Source: the human T2T-CHM13v2.0 reference genome, Homo sapiens
Strand: one strand, 5' to 3'
Length of the DNA stretch: 64,000 bases
Assembly: GCF_009914755.1 (NCBI RefSeq)
Contig: NC_060939.1
This document shows, piece after piece, positions 26,296 through 41,179 of this stretch (the stretch's first letter is position 1; each line of letters starts with the position of its first letter). The notes beneath the pieces were generated by a model. That model saw only the letters and a program-made list of their open reading frames with translations, was not told the DNA's origin and did no database searches. Both the position numbers and the translations under genes were made by a program.

Positions 26296-26766
26296 TGTAT
26301 CAGTTTCCTTTTTGCTGCTGCAACAAATTTTAAACTTAAAGCAACACAACTTAATTTTCTTACAATTCTGGAGGCCAGAAGTTCAAAATCAATCTACTGG
26401 GCTAAAGCCAATGTGTCAGTCTGGCTGGTTCCTTTGGGAGGCTCTAGGGTAGACGTTATTCCCAGATTGCCTTTTCCAGCTTCTAGAAGCCACCTGCATG
26501 TCTTGGCTCATGGCCCCTTTCTGTCATCCTCAATCCGCATTATTCCAGTCTCAGCTACCATCATCACATCACCGTCTATCTGACTCTGACCTTCCTGCAT
26601 CCCTCTTATAAGGACTGTTGTGGATATTCAGGGCCCAGCTGGAAAATCTCATCTCAAGGTTCTTAATCACATTGGCAAATTTCTCTTTGCCATGTGAGTT
26701 AACATTCACAGGTCCTAGGGGTTAGGACGTGGATATATTTGGAAGGCCATTATTTAGCCTAGCACC
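26296..26766 (-). mobile_element. MaLR solo LTR (MLT1D/C-like)
   Basis: 'tgtatcagtttcc...tcttacaattctggaggccagaagttcaaaatc...ggttaggacgtggatatatttggaaggccattatttagcctagcac'; perfect 5-bp TSD TGGAT (26291-26295, 26767-26771). Confidence 0.92.
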
Positions 26767-27119
26767 TGGATGCAAAGGACTTTGGGAACTGTAGCCAACA
26801 CAATTTGGTAACTGTCTAGGGAGAATGGAGGTGATAATGGGAGAGAAAACCCCTGTGGATACTGGTTTGGGCAGCAAGTGAATGGTGGCGCTACCCACTG
26901 AAAGAAAGAAGGAGGAAGAACAGAGTTGGAAAGCAGGTATAGGGGGAGGTGTGGAATAACGTGCTCAGTTTTGAACATGTTGAATTTGAGATGTCCAGTA
27001 GGTCATCAGATACGTGGAATTCAGGGGAGAGGTCTGGGTGAGAAAGAAATCTGAGTCAGCCATGTGCAGCTGGTAATCGAAACTGGGGTGTGGGCAGCAG
27101 TAACTCAGGGAGCGTACAG

Positions 27120-27492
27120 AAAAGAAGTTTTTGAACTTTATGGTACATCAGAATAGCCTTGGCTTACAGTTGGCAGGTTTAGCAAATGAAAGTACAGGAG
27201 ACCCTGTACAAGTTGAATTTCAGATAAACAACAAATACTTTTTTAGTATGTCTCACATATGGCACACACCTCGCTTGCCCTGCTTCTCATTGTTTATCTG
27301 AAATTCAGATTTAACTGGGCATCCTGCGCTTTGCCTGGTGACTCTACCTTGGGAGCACGTTAAAAGCAAGGCACCTTTGTGGGCTGCGTTCCCAGGGATT
27401 CTGGTTCTGTTGGTCTACGGGGAGGCTTTGGAATCTGTATTTTAACACGCTTCCTGGGAGATTCTCAGGCAGTTAGACCTGTGAGACACTGA
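27120..27492. mobile_element. MER5A-like element split by MER53
   Basis: 'tttttgaactttatggtacatcagaatagccttgg' ... 'gagcacgttaaaagcaagg...gattctggttctgttggtctacggggaggctttggaatctgtattttaacacgcttcc...tgagacactg'. Confidence 0.7.
27165..27346. mobile_element. MER53 (palindromic hAT MITE)
   Basis: inverted arms 'tgaatttcagataaacaa' / 'ttgtttatctgaaattca'; degenerate 8-bp TSD ccttggct/ccttggga. Confidence 0.88.
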
Positions 27493-27712
27493 AGGAGAGT
27501 GAGGAAGGAAGAGGGCTCAGGAGCAGACCCCAGGAACCTCAGCACTGAAGGGCAAGGGAAGGAAGGAGCCAGCACACTGGCCTGAGAAGGACCAGATGGA
27601 GCAGCAAGAGGAAAACCAGCCCTGGTGGCCTCTTGCAGGTGTTTTGAGGATGAGCATCAGTGCAGCAAGAAGCTGTAAGAGGCCATAAATTAAAATGTGG
27701 AGTCAGTGGTGA

Positions 27713-28192
27713 CTGTGGCAGATTTGTGGAGACTCCACGGCATTCTTGTTCATTGGAGTTCTTCTCCAGTCTGGGCTGTACCCGGGACACGGTGATGGTG
27801 CCTGTATCTCTCTGCCTGTCTGCCTCTCTGCCTGAGGGCTTTCCCCAGCACAGCTTGGCTGCAGGCAGGCACGACCTGAAAATTCAGAAGTGTGAATGCC
27901 CCAGGACAACCCTCACCAGTGGGGCATGCAAGCTGGTGGACCACTGGCCCAGCCTCCCAGCTCCAAGAGCTCAGTCCACTCAGTTTCTCAGAGGGAGCTC
28001 AGAGGTATTGAGCCTTCATTGCCCACAGTGGTGTCCTGCTTATTAATCACACTTGGTTAGCTTCTCTCCCTTCCCTGTCTCACTCTGTTCCTGTCCCTCC
28101 AGTTCTCATTCTCTGGAATCACTTCTCAGTTATACTACACGCACCCAGGACCTTGTCTCAGGGTCTGCTTCTGGGAGGACCAAAACCAGGAC
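27713..28192 (+). mobile_element. ERVL solo LTR (LTR16-like)
   Basis: 3' end 'ttctctcccttccctgtctcactc...ccttgtctcagggtctgcttctgggaggaccaaaaccaggac'. Confidence 0.65.
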
Positions 28193-29009
28193 CCTGGAGA
28201 TGTCTGTTCCCATGGAGTCATGGGGATGAGCTGAGGGCAGCAGGCAGAGGGGTGGGAGGGGGGCAAAGGTCTCTGGAAGGAGCTGTGAGGCAGGGAAAGG
28301 CTGTCTTCAGTGAACCCCAGCCTGTGCTGGGTGCACCTCTCCTCCTTGGCAGCCTGCATACCCCGGTGTTTATCTCATGACCCTGGTTCCCTGAGGCCCC
28401 TCTGTAGAACCTCCTTCTAGGATCTCTGGACCCTGGTGGGCCATTTCACTGGGACTCTGCCCTCTTCAGCCGTGCTAGTGAGGGCATGTATCTATCCCCC
28501 TTCTCCTCCTTTGCAGCTGATGATGTTCTTCCATTTCAAAATGTGCCTTCAATATCTTAGAGAAGGAAGGAGATGAAGCTTTCCTGAGCACTGCTTTGTA
28601 TACAACTCTGCTATCTCATTTAATCCTCACAACACCATAGAGAGTGATTTTTCTCATCTTTCCAATGAGGACACTGGGGCTCAAGGGAGTTAAGTCACCT
28701 GCTAAGGTCACCCCACGCAGTAAGTTGTGGAGCTTGGACGCTGGTCTCTTGCCTTGCCAGGCTACCTACACGTGACAGGTATTTGAGGATGACACCCACA
28801 CTCAACCAAGCCCTTTCCCTGCCCAGGCCTGTGTTCACAGTTTCTTTAGATGACACTTCAAGGGGCATGGCTCCTGAACTCTCACCTCTTGGGTGACATT
28901 CTTGGTTTGCCTTCCCAGTGAAATATAGCACCCAGGGCTGGTAGCTTTCCAAAAGAGCCCTGTGCCAGTTACCTCTGCTGACCTGAACATTACACCTCCA
29001 TCTCTGACC

Positions 29010-29185
29010 CCAGGATCGCATTAGCTTTTGAAACAGCCACAGTCCTTACATGGGCTCATATGAAGCTTTGGGGTTACCTAAAACCCCTGGGTCTTTTTCA
29101 CATGGCCTGTTGCCAAGCCAGGATGCTCCTGGAGCAGTTAATCATTTTGATCCCAAATGCAGGCCTTGGCATTTGTTAGGACTGT
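29010..29185 (-). mobile_element. L3/CR1 LINE fragment
   Basis: 'gcattagcttttgaaacagccac...aaacccctgggtctttttcacatggcctgttgccaagccagg...ttgatcccaaatgcaggcctt'. Confidence 0.6.
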
Positions 29186-32100
29186 GGTTTTCATGGTTTG
29201 GGCTAACATTACAACAAAAAGAAATGCAACAGGTATTGATTTCTCTATACAGCCATTGATTGGCCATCAATGAATTCATATTTGTGTGCCTCATATTTCC
29301 AAGTAGATTTTCAGTTCCTTGAGGGCAGAGGGCATGCTTTCCCTCCTCTGCATTGCCTACAGGGTCTGGCACAAAGGTCTGCAAACAGCAGGTATTCCAC
29401 AAGCATTGCTATTGCCTGAGTGAGGAAAAAGACTCTCAATCCCTCAATCCTGCCCTCCTCAGCCTCAGCTTCAGCTCTTGTCAGCACCACTCTCCCTGAC
29501 TGTACTACACAGAGCACCCCCATCTGGAATGCTTCCGTGGAGTGGCTTCTTACAGTATTGGTGGCAGGCAAGATGGTGGAGTGAAGGAAAGAGCACTGGC
29601 CCTGGAGCCGAGAGACCTGGGTCTGAATCAGCTCTCGCATGTGACTGTGTGCTGTTCCCTCATTTGTAAAATAGAGACAATGAAAACAGGTTAATGTATT
29701 GAATTCATACTGTAAAATGTGCTCCATGCTTTTTGCCCATAATCTCAACCCAGTGAATTAGGGATAATAAATATTTCCATTTTTTAGATGAAAAAATCTG
29801 AAATTCAGAATAGTTAATTTGTTTGCTCAAGGTCACAAAAGTAAAAAGTGCAGAGCTGGCATTTGAACCCATGCTGTCTGCTCCACCCTTAGCCATTGGG
29901 CATAATAAATATGTCACCTCATAGATTATTGCACAGGAGAATGGCAACTTGCTGATAAAGTGCCTGTTACCATGCCTGGCACATAGTAAGTACTCAGTAA
30001 GTGCTATCTCTCTCCCCAGCTGCCTCTCCACCTTTAATTTTTCCCTCTTCTCAGGGCAGAGCTAGGACGGAAAGGTGGAAGTAGAGGAGATTCACTTTCA
30101 ATACAGTCAAGGGAGCAACTTTCTGACAGTTTTGAGTCCTCAGAGAGAGACCTCTGTTCTTGGAATAGGAGAGCAGAGCCTGGCTGGTCAGCTGTTGGTG
30201 GCGGAACCCCTGTCTTGGTCTGGAGGAGGGAGGAGTCATCATGCAGGGGTCAGCTGGAGGCCCGTGGGCCTTTGAGGAAAGAATTCCTTAGTTCGCAGGG
30301 CCATCCTGACCCCTCTCTCCCTTGTCTCTCACACATGATCTATCACCACGTGGCGTTGATCCCACCCCATCTGTCCTGGCATCCTTCTATCTGCTTCTCT
30401 CCAGGCCACCAGCAGCTCTCCTGTTGAGCCTGGCATTGGCCATCTAACTGATTGTGTGACCTCTCTTGATTGTTGATCCACACAGCACTCTGGATCTTCC
30501 CAAAATACAGTGTGCTCATGCCTCGCCCCAGCCCAGGACCCTCAGAGCCTTTCCATCTGTAGGAAAAGGTGCTAAGAGACCTCTGAAGGTCTCTTAGCCA
30601 GTCACCCAGGCCTTCTCAGGGCCCCCAAAGCCTCTGACAGGCCTTTGTACGTGCCTTTCCCTCAGCCCGGGACCCCCTCCACCCTCTCTCTCTGCTAACT
30701 TTGTCTCCCCTTCCAAGTCTGTGCATTTCCTTTTCCTGGAAGCTGTCTTTGAACACCCCTTTTCCTCCATCCTCACCCCAGACGACAGAGTGAGTCTTAT
30801 GTCATCAGAGCCCCCACCTCTAGGACCTAGATTTGAGCCATGCAGTTCAAGCTTTTCTTGAGTCCTCCAGGTGCCAAGAAGACTTGACCAGACCACGAGG
30901 ATGCAGAGATAAATGAACCATGTTCCTAGGCCTGGAGGAGCTCTTCAGAATAGCATGGAGTGATGTGTTGGCTAAGTGAAGCTCAGGTGCTCTGGGGAAA
31001 ACCACACAAGGAACACGGATAATCCAGACTGAGGGAGTCAGGGGGGCTTCCTGGTGGAACAAGTGCTTAAATAGAGCTTTAAGGTCTCAGTGGGGGATAG
31101 GACGTCAAGAAGGGAAAGAAAAGTTTGTGCTCAACTAGAGCCCTGAGTGAGTCAGCCATGCCGGGCACTGCAGAATGACTGAGCTGAGGCTGCATGACCC
31201 TTGCTGATGGGTGCCGCACTGGCTGAGTGGGAAGGAGTCTCCTTGGAGGCCTCCCAGGTCTCTGGAAAGGCAGGAGTGGGGGATGCACAGAAGGACTAGG
31301 TTTGGAGGGACAAGAGGGTAAAGAGGCTGATCAGGAACTTGCTTGATTTAGAGTCCTTGTGGGATCCCTGAGTGGAAATTGCTTAGTGGGAAGGGCATCT
31401 GAAGTGGAGGGAACAGCACGAAAAGGCCAAGAGGCCAGACTGAATGATGGGCCATAGGTAGTGGGACAATGAGGACACCTGGCTGGAGTGTGGAGAAAGA
31501 GGAGGGAGGGACTGGTCAGCTGGAGGAGGTTCCCAAGGTGACTGTATCTGAAAGTCAGTTATGGGCCAGATGCTGTGCTAAGTGCTTTTTTGAACATCAC
31601 TTTTTATCTTCCCAACAATCCTGTGGCAGCCCCATTTTGCAGATGAGAGCATTGAGGCTCAGAATGGATAAAGGACTTGCTCAAGACCACATAGCACCAG
31701 CCAAAGCCTTGCACAATAGGTGCTCAATATATATGTCTGAAGGGGCTGGCTGACTGCATGAATGAATGAGTGAATGAATCAATCAATGAATGAGTAATAG
31801 AATTCAAGCCCAAGCACCCCTGGCTTTTAGCTTGAGCTCTGTCCTGTCCTATACCTTGTTGCCTGAATTCTCTCCACCTCAAAAACAACTATAATTCTAA
31901 TGGTAAGAAGAGTGAATAACATAGCTTCCCCCTGAGCCTGAAGTGCTTGGGGCTTTGAGCAAAGCCCTCACATTCCTCCAAGCCAGGAGCTCATGACCAC
32001 ATGCTTCCCCCCTTCTGGAATCTTCCCTAACTCCTCCTGGGGCAGCTCCATGCCAGCTGCCCTTTTGAAAGCCACTGTTTGCTTTCCCTGCCTCCAGTTT

Positions 32101-32719
32101 TATCATTTTCTCCAGGAAAATATTTGCCTTCCCATTATTTTAATCATGCCTCACGGGTCCAGCAGGGAGGCCTTGCAGAAGAATAAGCCCTGTTTCCTGT
32201 TTGCTGTACTGGGAAGACAAACAGGTTTGTTTGACTTACCTGCATCTTCCCAGTAGGTGGACCTCTTGGAGCAAACACAGACTAGACCTTGGGCGTCCTG
32301 CCCCTTGGACCTGGAGTTGACTTGACTGGGGAGCATTTAAAATGGAAATTGCTTCCCATAAGGCAAGCTGGGGTGGATGGAGCTATTCTCTTTGGTTTAT
32401 CACAGAGCACGGGTTCCTCTTATCGTGCATGGTGCCTGAACTGGAAGTGAGCTTCTCTTGAATCCAGGAAACATTCAGTCTTCCTCAAATAGCAACCGAG
32501 CCCTGTAATACTTGAATGGATTGATCTAAGAGTGAGACTTCAAGATGAAAATATTCTAGAGATTAGGGGTGGGAATAAGTAGGGGGCTATGACCAGGGAG
32601 AAACTTGAAATTTATTGGTGTAAAAATGGCCCTGATTTTTGAAGCCAGACAGATCTGGTTCAAATTCAATTATAGGTGAACTACTTTTTATGTGTGTGTT
32701 GCTAAGGATAGAGCTGTTG

Positions 32720-33350
<631 letters not shown>

Positions 33351-34019
33351 ACTTAATTCCAGACATGTCTGATTCCAAAGCCCAAGCTCTTAAAAGCCTA
33401 CACCACCTCTCTCCCAGTTGAATACCAGCAGAAAGCTGGACACATAGTAGTACTTGGTAAGTATTAGTGCTTATCCCATCCCTCTTCCTTTTAGAGTATC
33501 TTGGGCATGCATCAACCGGGAAGACAGACAAGAGGGTGGTGGGGATCCCAGCAGGGCACCATTGCCAGAGCAATGTGTGGGCATGAAGTAGGGATCCTGG
33601 GGAGCAGGCAGTCACCAAGATGCCCATGACTTCTCTTAGGGTTGGAGTTCACTCAGGTTGGGGAGTAGAGTTAGGGTGGGGAGGGCTAGAACAGTTAGGG
33701 AAGATAAGACTCATCCATTGATGCTCACTGCGCTCCCTAACTTTGCCCTGGAAACAAATGCACTACACAAACATTTATTGAGGGCCTACTAGGAACCCGG
33801 TGCTTCCCCATGCATGTCATTCTCCCAACTGTCCTCTGAAGCAGGCAATAGCATCTCCATTTCACAGCTAGAGAAACTGAGGCTCAAAGGTTGTAAAGCT
33901 TATGTGTTGCTGACTGGCTTGGATATAGCTTTGGATCTGTCTGATTTTACAGACCAGGTAATTTTTACTTTATAATCATGATCAATTTCTGACTGAACAG
34001 AAAATTTATCTGAACAGCT

Positions 34020-34165
34020 GCCAATGTCACTATCATCCTCAACCTCACCATCAACATTACCAACATCACCATCACCATTAAAATCGCAATCACTATCACC
34101 ACCGTCACTGTCACCGTCACCATTATCGTCACCATCATCAACATCACCATCAGCTTCACTATCAA
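34020..34165. repeat. degenerate (CAT/CAC)n triplet low-complexity tract
   Basis: 'caccatcaacattaccaacatcaccatcaccatt...caccgtcactgtcaccgtcaccattatcgtcaccatcatcaacatcaccatc'. Confidence 0.85.
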
Positions 34166-35869
34166 TGGTCCTGTGATTACAGGCAGCAGGGCATGTCAGA
34201 TCATCTCTCTCAGCTTCAGCTTCTTTATCTGTGAAATGAGGATAACTATATCTACCCCAGAGGTTAGGAGAGGTGCTGAAGTAGGTCTTCTATTTCCTCC
34301 ACTCCACCAAAACTGCTGTTTTCAAAATCATCAATGACCTCTATAATTGTTGTCATTATACTCACCCTCCAAGAGCATTCAATGCCTCTGACCACTTCCT
34401 TCTCTTGGCTTTGTGACAGTCGCTTTCTGGTTTCCCTTCCAGCTCACCGATCCCCATCCTCCTTTGCTAGCTCTGTCTCATCTACTAGATCCCTAAATAT
34501 TTGAGTCTTGCAGAGCTTTCTTCAAACGGGCTCTCTAACTGCTTCCTCCCTAGTCCAAACAACCATCGTGCCTCCCTTGAAATACTATAGAAACTCCATA
34601 TCACTAGGGCACGGTCAGGGAAGTGGACCTTAGAGTGGGCCATGGAGCACCCCCTGGGGAAGAAGGGTCCCTTCCTGGGCCCATCTAGAACTAACAGCAC
34701 TCACTTCAAGGAGGAGATATAGGGTCAATCCTGAGCAGAATTTTTCGCAGGTAGTTTGTGAAGTCTCTGCCTCCTGAATCTGCATCCCTTTCAGCTTTCT
34801 GTTGCTTGCTGGGTCTGTACTATCTCAGATGATCAGAGCCCTCAGAATCTTCCCACCCTAAACATGTCCACACTGAGATGTCAGGGACAGTGGCCCCCAC
34901 TTGGTTTCTATTTAGCAGAGAACTAACAGAGTGCTATAGAGAGATCCCCAGTTAATGGCTGGGAACATTTGCAGAATGCTTTCCTGAAAACTGAAATAGC
35001 ACCCCTTTGGGGGCTACTGTTTCTGCCTCCACATTGGGGGGCTTGTTCTGAGACAGATGGTCCCCTGTTGGGCTGTTCTCACACACACGAGCAGAGGAAT
35101 TCTTTTAGGTCCTCTTGGCCTCGGGAGCATTTTGAATCAGATGCCAGGAGAAACAGATTGCCTACCCCTTATTCTGGGGGCTGTGGGTGGATGGCTTTGA
35201 GAGGAGATCTCTTCCAAGAATGTGTTTTCCCTTACATCTTCAGGATGCCATGCACTTCCCGCTCTGCTCTTTTGAGGCTGGCATAAGCATGAGAGTTGCT
35301 TGGGGGGGAACGTCTGTACCGCCTCTGCCCCACTGCTCAGGAGCAATGGCGGATGAGTGAGTCACTTTTGGCATCCTCCTTTGTTCCCTTTGCGTAGGGC
35401 TACCCAGTTGGTAACACTACAATCTGCTCTCCACCACCAGCTTAACATTCCTAAAATAGCTCAGTGTGATTGGGCCATTCCGTTGCTCAAGAACCATCCA
35501 GAGTCTTCCATTGCCTGTAGAATGAAGTCCCAGGCTTTCGTCTCACGTTTGAGGTTGCTACCATCTGGCCTTCATTTGCTTTTCCAACCATGCCCCTCAT
35601 TCCTTCTCTACCCAAGGTCTTCCCTCCAGACAGTCAGGTCTACTCTCCTTTCCCAGAATGCCTGGCCTCCTGGCTGCATCCACACCATTCTCTTGGTTAA
35701 AATGCTATCCCCCTTTGTTGCCTGTATAAACTTCTTCCTGTTCTTCCAAACAGGTTTGAGGCCAACCTTGCAAAGGCCTCCTCTCCTTGGATGTCTTCCT
35801 TGATCCCTCCTTTCATTTGCCCCCTGATTCCATGTTACCACACAGAGGCCCTCTTGTGACTACTTACCT

Positions 35870-36600
<731 letters not shown>

Positions 36601-36918
36601 TCACAAGTAGAAAGATTCTTAGATTCAAGCTGTTCCACATCATTTCCCATATAGGAAAGTGGAAGCCCAGAGGGTGTTCGCGCTGATCTGAGACCACACA
36701 GTAAGGTAGTGTCAGAGATGAGACGGGACGAAGTGTGAACCCCCCAGTTCATTAGTCAATTGTTTCTTTGGAACAGAGCATCTAATAAGTTACACAATAA
36801 GAATCTGAGTTTTAGTCTTACTGGCCATGCTGGCTGTTTGGTAACTGGTGAGATGGCCTGACGGGAGTCTGTTTGCAAGTGGTGGCTGACAGCCCTCCAC
36901 GGAAGAGGTGCATCCTGA

Positions 36919-37377
<459 letters not shown>

Positions 37378-37397
37378 TGAATGCTCTCCCACGGAGA

Positions 37398-37398
<1 letters not shown>

Positions 37399-37431
<33 letters not shown>

Positions 37432-37442
37432 TGTGTGTGTGT
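37399..37442. repeat. compound (GA)n(GT)n microsatellite
   Basis: seen directly. Confidence 0.95.
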
Positions 37443-37540
37443 TTTAAGGGGAGGAATCTACAGTAGAATCTGAAAGAGCTCTTTCACTCATCTCTGAGTC
37501 ACACTGAACTCCAAGCAGCACTGCTGTGGGTTCCCCATAA

Positions 37541-37874
<334 letters not shown>

Positions 37875-39431
37875 ACCCAACTTTGTTTTAATTCTCTTTC
37901 ACCCGATTTCCTTCTACTCTTTTTTTTAAAAATTGAAGCAGTTGTGCAGTTTTTTGCAATGTTCAGACTCTGATACTTATGACTCCTTACATCTCAGATC
38001 AAGCCGTGGGAAGGCCCGGGCAGGGAATATGATATCCAATGGTCAGTGGAAAGAATGCACTCAGGGAAGTCAAATACATGGTCTAAGTTCCCACAGCTGG
38101 AAAGGGATGACCAAGCAGTAGGCTTGACTCTGAAGACCATGCCGTTTTGATTTTACCATATTGGGACTCTCTCCCTCTGCCAACCGTTCCTTTTTCTGAG
38201 TCTTTTCCTATTCTTTTTCTCTCTCATCTCTCAACCTTTCCCTTCTTCACCTCCATCTCCCCCATCCTCTCTATCTCTCTCTTTCTCCTTTTCCCCTCTC
38301 CCCACTCTTCTGAAAAGCCACAGCTTCTCTCTGTTCTAATATGCCTAAGACATTGTCCCAGAAACTTTCTTATGTGCTTCTTGACACCCAGAGTGACTGA
38401 ACACAGGTATGTTTGTTGGGAGAGCCTCTGCCTCCATGGGAAGAGAAGCTAACTGGTTGACTTTCTGCTACTTGTACCAGCCAAGGGGCTATTTGCAGAC
38501 AGTACATAACAATGACAAAGCACCATAAGACATTGAGCAATCTTTCCTTGCATCAATTAGATTCTGACATCTGCTTACTGTTTAATTATCTTTTGACTGA
38601 GGAAATGGAAAAGTTGACAAGTAGTTCAACCCAACAAGAGTCAGGTTCCTTATTTTTCCCCCTTCATGAGCATGTTTTTAGAACACTGATCTGCCAGCAT
38701 CTCCTGGTCTCTCTGGGGCACTGGCAAAAAATACAGACAAATATTTATGTTCCATGAACTCAAGAAGGTTTTCATATTGTTTTCATGTTTAACTGATTTC
38801 AAATGAACGACAATGGCTCTTAATGTGGTTACAAGAATTTGCCATTAATTTTCACTTGAAATTGGATGCAGCCGGTGTACATGCCTATACTGTATTCTAG
38901 TTCTTAACGATTTGCCTTCCAAAAACATAGGCTGCTTCCTACTGGCTGATGGGCACAGCAGCTTAGTGAGGGTATCGATCTCCTATTACATGTGAACAAA
39001 AATTAAATTGAGAATATCACCCTATTTCAGAGTGCTTTGCCTGTAGCATTTGAGGCAGGCGGCTGGGACACTGAATGAAGAGCCTGGGGGAGGCAGGTTC
39101 AGCATGCCACCGTTTCCTGGTCATGAAGATGCCAGCTCCAGCTCCAAGCAGGTGACAAGGCTGGGTGGCCAGGGGACATGGGAGTGTGGTTCGAGGTCTC
39201 AGAGCATTTTAAAAAACTTCCGTTGTCTTTCTACCTTGGATTTCAGGAGCACCAGGGTAATGTTCTAAACTTCTTTGTGAGGTTTAAAGTCTTCCCTCCC
39301 TTGGTCTAAAATGTTGAAGTGGGTGGTGGAACAGAGAGGTGACATGAAGATGAGAGTTGAGCCAGAGGAATAGGATTCTCCATCTTTGGGGACGTCATTT
39401 AATTTTGGAAACACTCAGTTTCTGTTTAAGC

Positions 39432-39531
39432 AGTGTAACCATATAATTTGTTGAACACTTTTGAAGGGGTGAATGTTAAATTGGATAGCATGTTGGGAAA
39501 ATGGGCTTAAACTGGAGATAAGGTCGACCTA
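39432..39531. mobile_element. MER81/MER94-like hAT-Blackjack MITE
   Basis: 'gtaaccatataatttgttgaacacttttga...aaactggagataaggtcgaccta'. Confidence 0.5.
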
Positions 39532-39886
39532 TGAATAAAGAAGGGATTAGGCCACATAGCGGGGGTCAGGGGTGGTAAATAGGTTTCATACCCATGGTAA
39601 TTATGGAAGAGCCATCAGGCTTTCTGGACTGCATTGTGGAGGGGATGGTGCAGCTGCTTTTGAGCACCATGGAAGAGTTTCCTGATTGATTAGCAATGTC
39701 TGCTCTAGTCTCTGGGAAGGATGGCTGCACCCTTGCGGGTATTCACCATTCCTGGATTGGATGTCTTCAAGAGCCTTTTCAATTCTATTTTTGAAATAAG
39801 AATAATTGAGAAGTGAATGAAGCTAACCTTCTTATTTAAATGCCCTGGAGTTTGAGACCTGGAAAGCCAGACTGAGAGGCCTATGG

Positions 39887-40040
39887 CAGTGCTTTTCCAA
39901 CTGAATGTGTACACTTGAATCTTGTCAAAATGCAGATTCTGAATCAGAAGTCTGGGCTAAGGCCCAATAGCCTCAATTTCTGATGAGTTCCCAGGTGATA
40001 CCGATGCTGCTGGTCTGTGGGCCACACTTTGAGCAACAAA
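39887..40040. mobile_element. MER5A1-like DNA transposon
   Basis: 'cagtgcttttccaactgaatgtgtac...aaaatgcagattctgaatcag...cccaggtgataccgatgctgctggtctgtgggccacactttgag'. Confidence 0.8.
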
Positions 40041-40682
40041 GACCTAAGGCAGCATCCTGAACCTGGGCCAGTGCCCCTTCACTGCAGGCTCATAGCCTGC
40101 AGAAGAACCTGTATATATGCTACTTTCCAAAGATTTTTTTCCGCAGGTCATTTAAGTGATTCCTCCAGACAGCCTTTTAATGTTTGATAGATTATTTCCC
40201 GCCCCCATCACCCAGTTTTTTTTCCTAAATGTGCTTTTCAGGTGCAGCAGGTTTAAGTGCCTAGCCCAAGAGCTATAAATGGCAGAGCTGAGACTCACAT
40301 TTAAGTCTTTGCCCTTCCCCAGGTGGCCCTTTGAGCACCTATCTGGCAGGCCTAATTATAGAGGTAATGTTGTGAGTGCCCTCAGCTCAAATGGGGCAGC
40401 TCTTGGAGCAGTGCCAAGGGATTGTACTGATGCTAAATATGCCTTCAGATCACGTCAGAAGCCTAAGATTGCCTTGTGACCCCCAGCTCCACCATTCCAG
40501 CCAGTCATTAAGGCAGGCAGACAACATCTTACAGTCTTGGGTTCATGGGAGCCTTCTTTGTTCTTATGAGGGTTTTAGAGCCAGATAGACCTGGATCAGA
40601 ATCTTTCCATGTCATTTGACCTTAAGCAAGTTACTTAATCTCCCAAATTAAAATCCCTTCACCTGTAAAAAGGCACATTCTT

Positions 40683-41135
<453 letters not shown>

Positions 41136-41179
41136 TCACTGCACAAATACAGTGTAACTATCTTAGATTCTTCTTGATA

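Larger units (their letters stand above)
26020..27700 (-). mobile_element. L2 remnant hosting nested MLT1D, MER5A and MER53 insertions
   Basis: antisense L2 blocks on both sides of the inserts ('gctcagttttgaacatgttgaatttgagatgtccagtaggtcatcag', 'gagggctcaggagcagaccccaggaacctcagcactgaaggg'). Confidence 0.75.

Noticed and set aside
27165-27346. MER53 as a possible miR-1302-family hairpin
   Set aside because: The central region that yields the mature miRNA (TTGGGACATACTTATGCTAAA as I recall it) is degraded or replaced in this copy
33965-34165. Hydrophobic 66-aa ORF resembling a transmembrane peptide
   Set aside because: It is the antisense reading of the (CAT/CAC)n low-complexity tract
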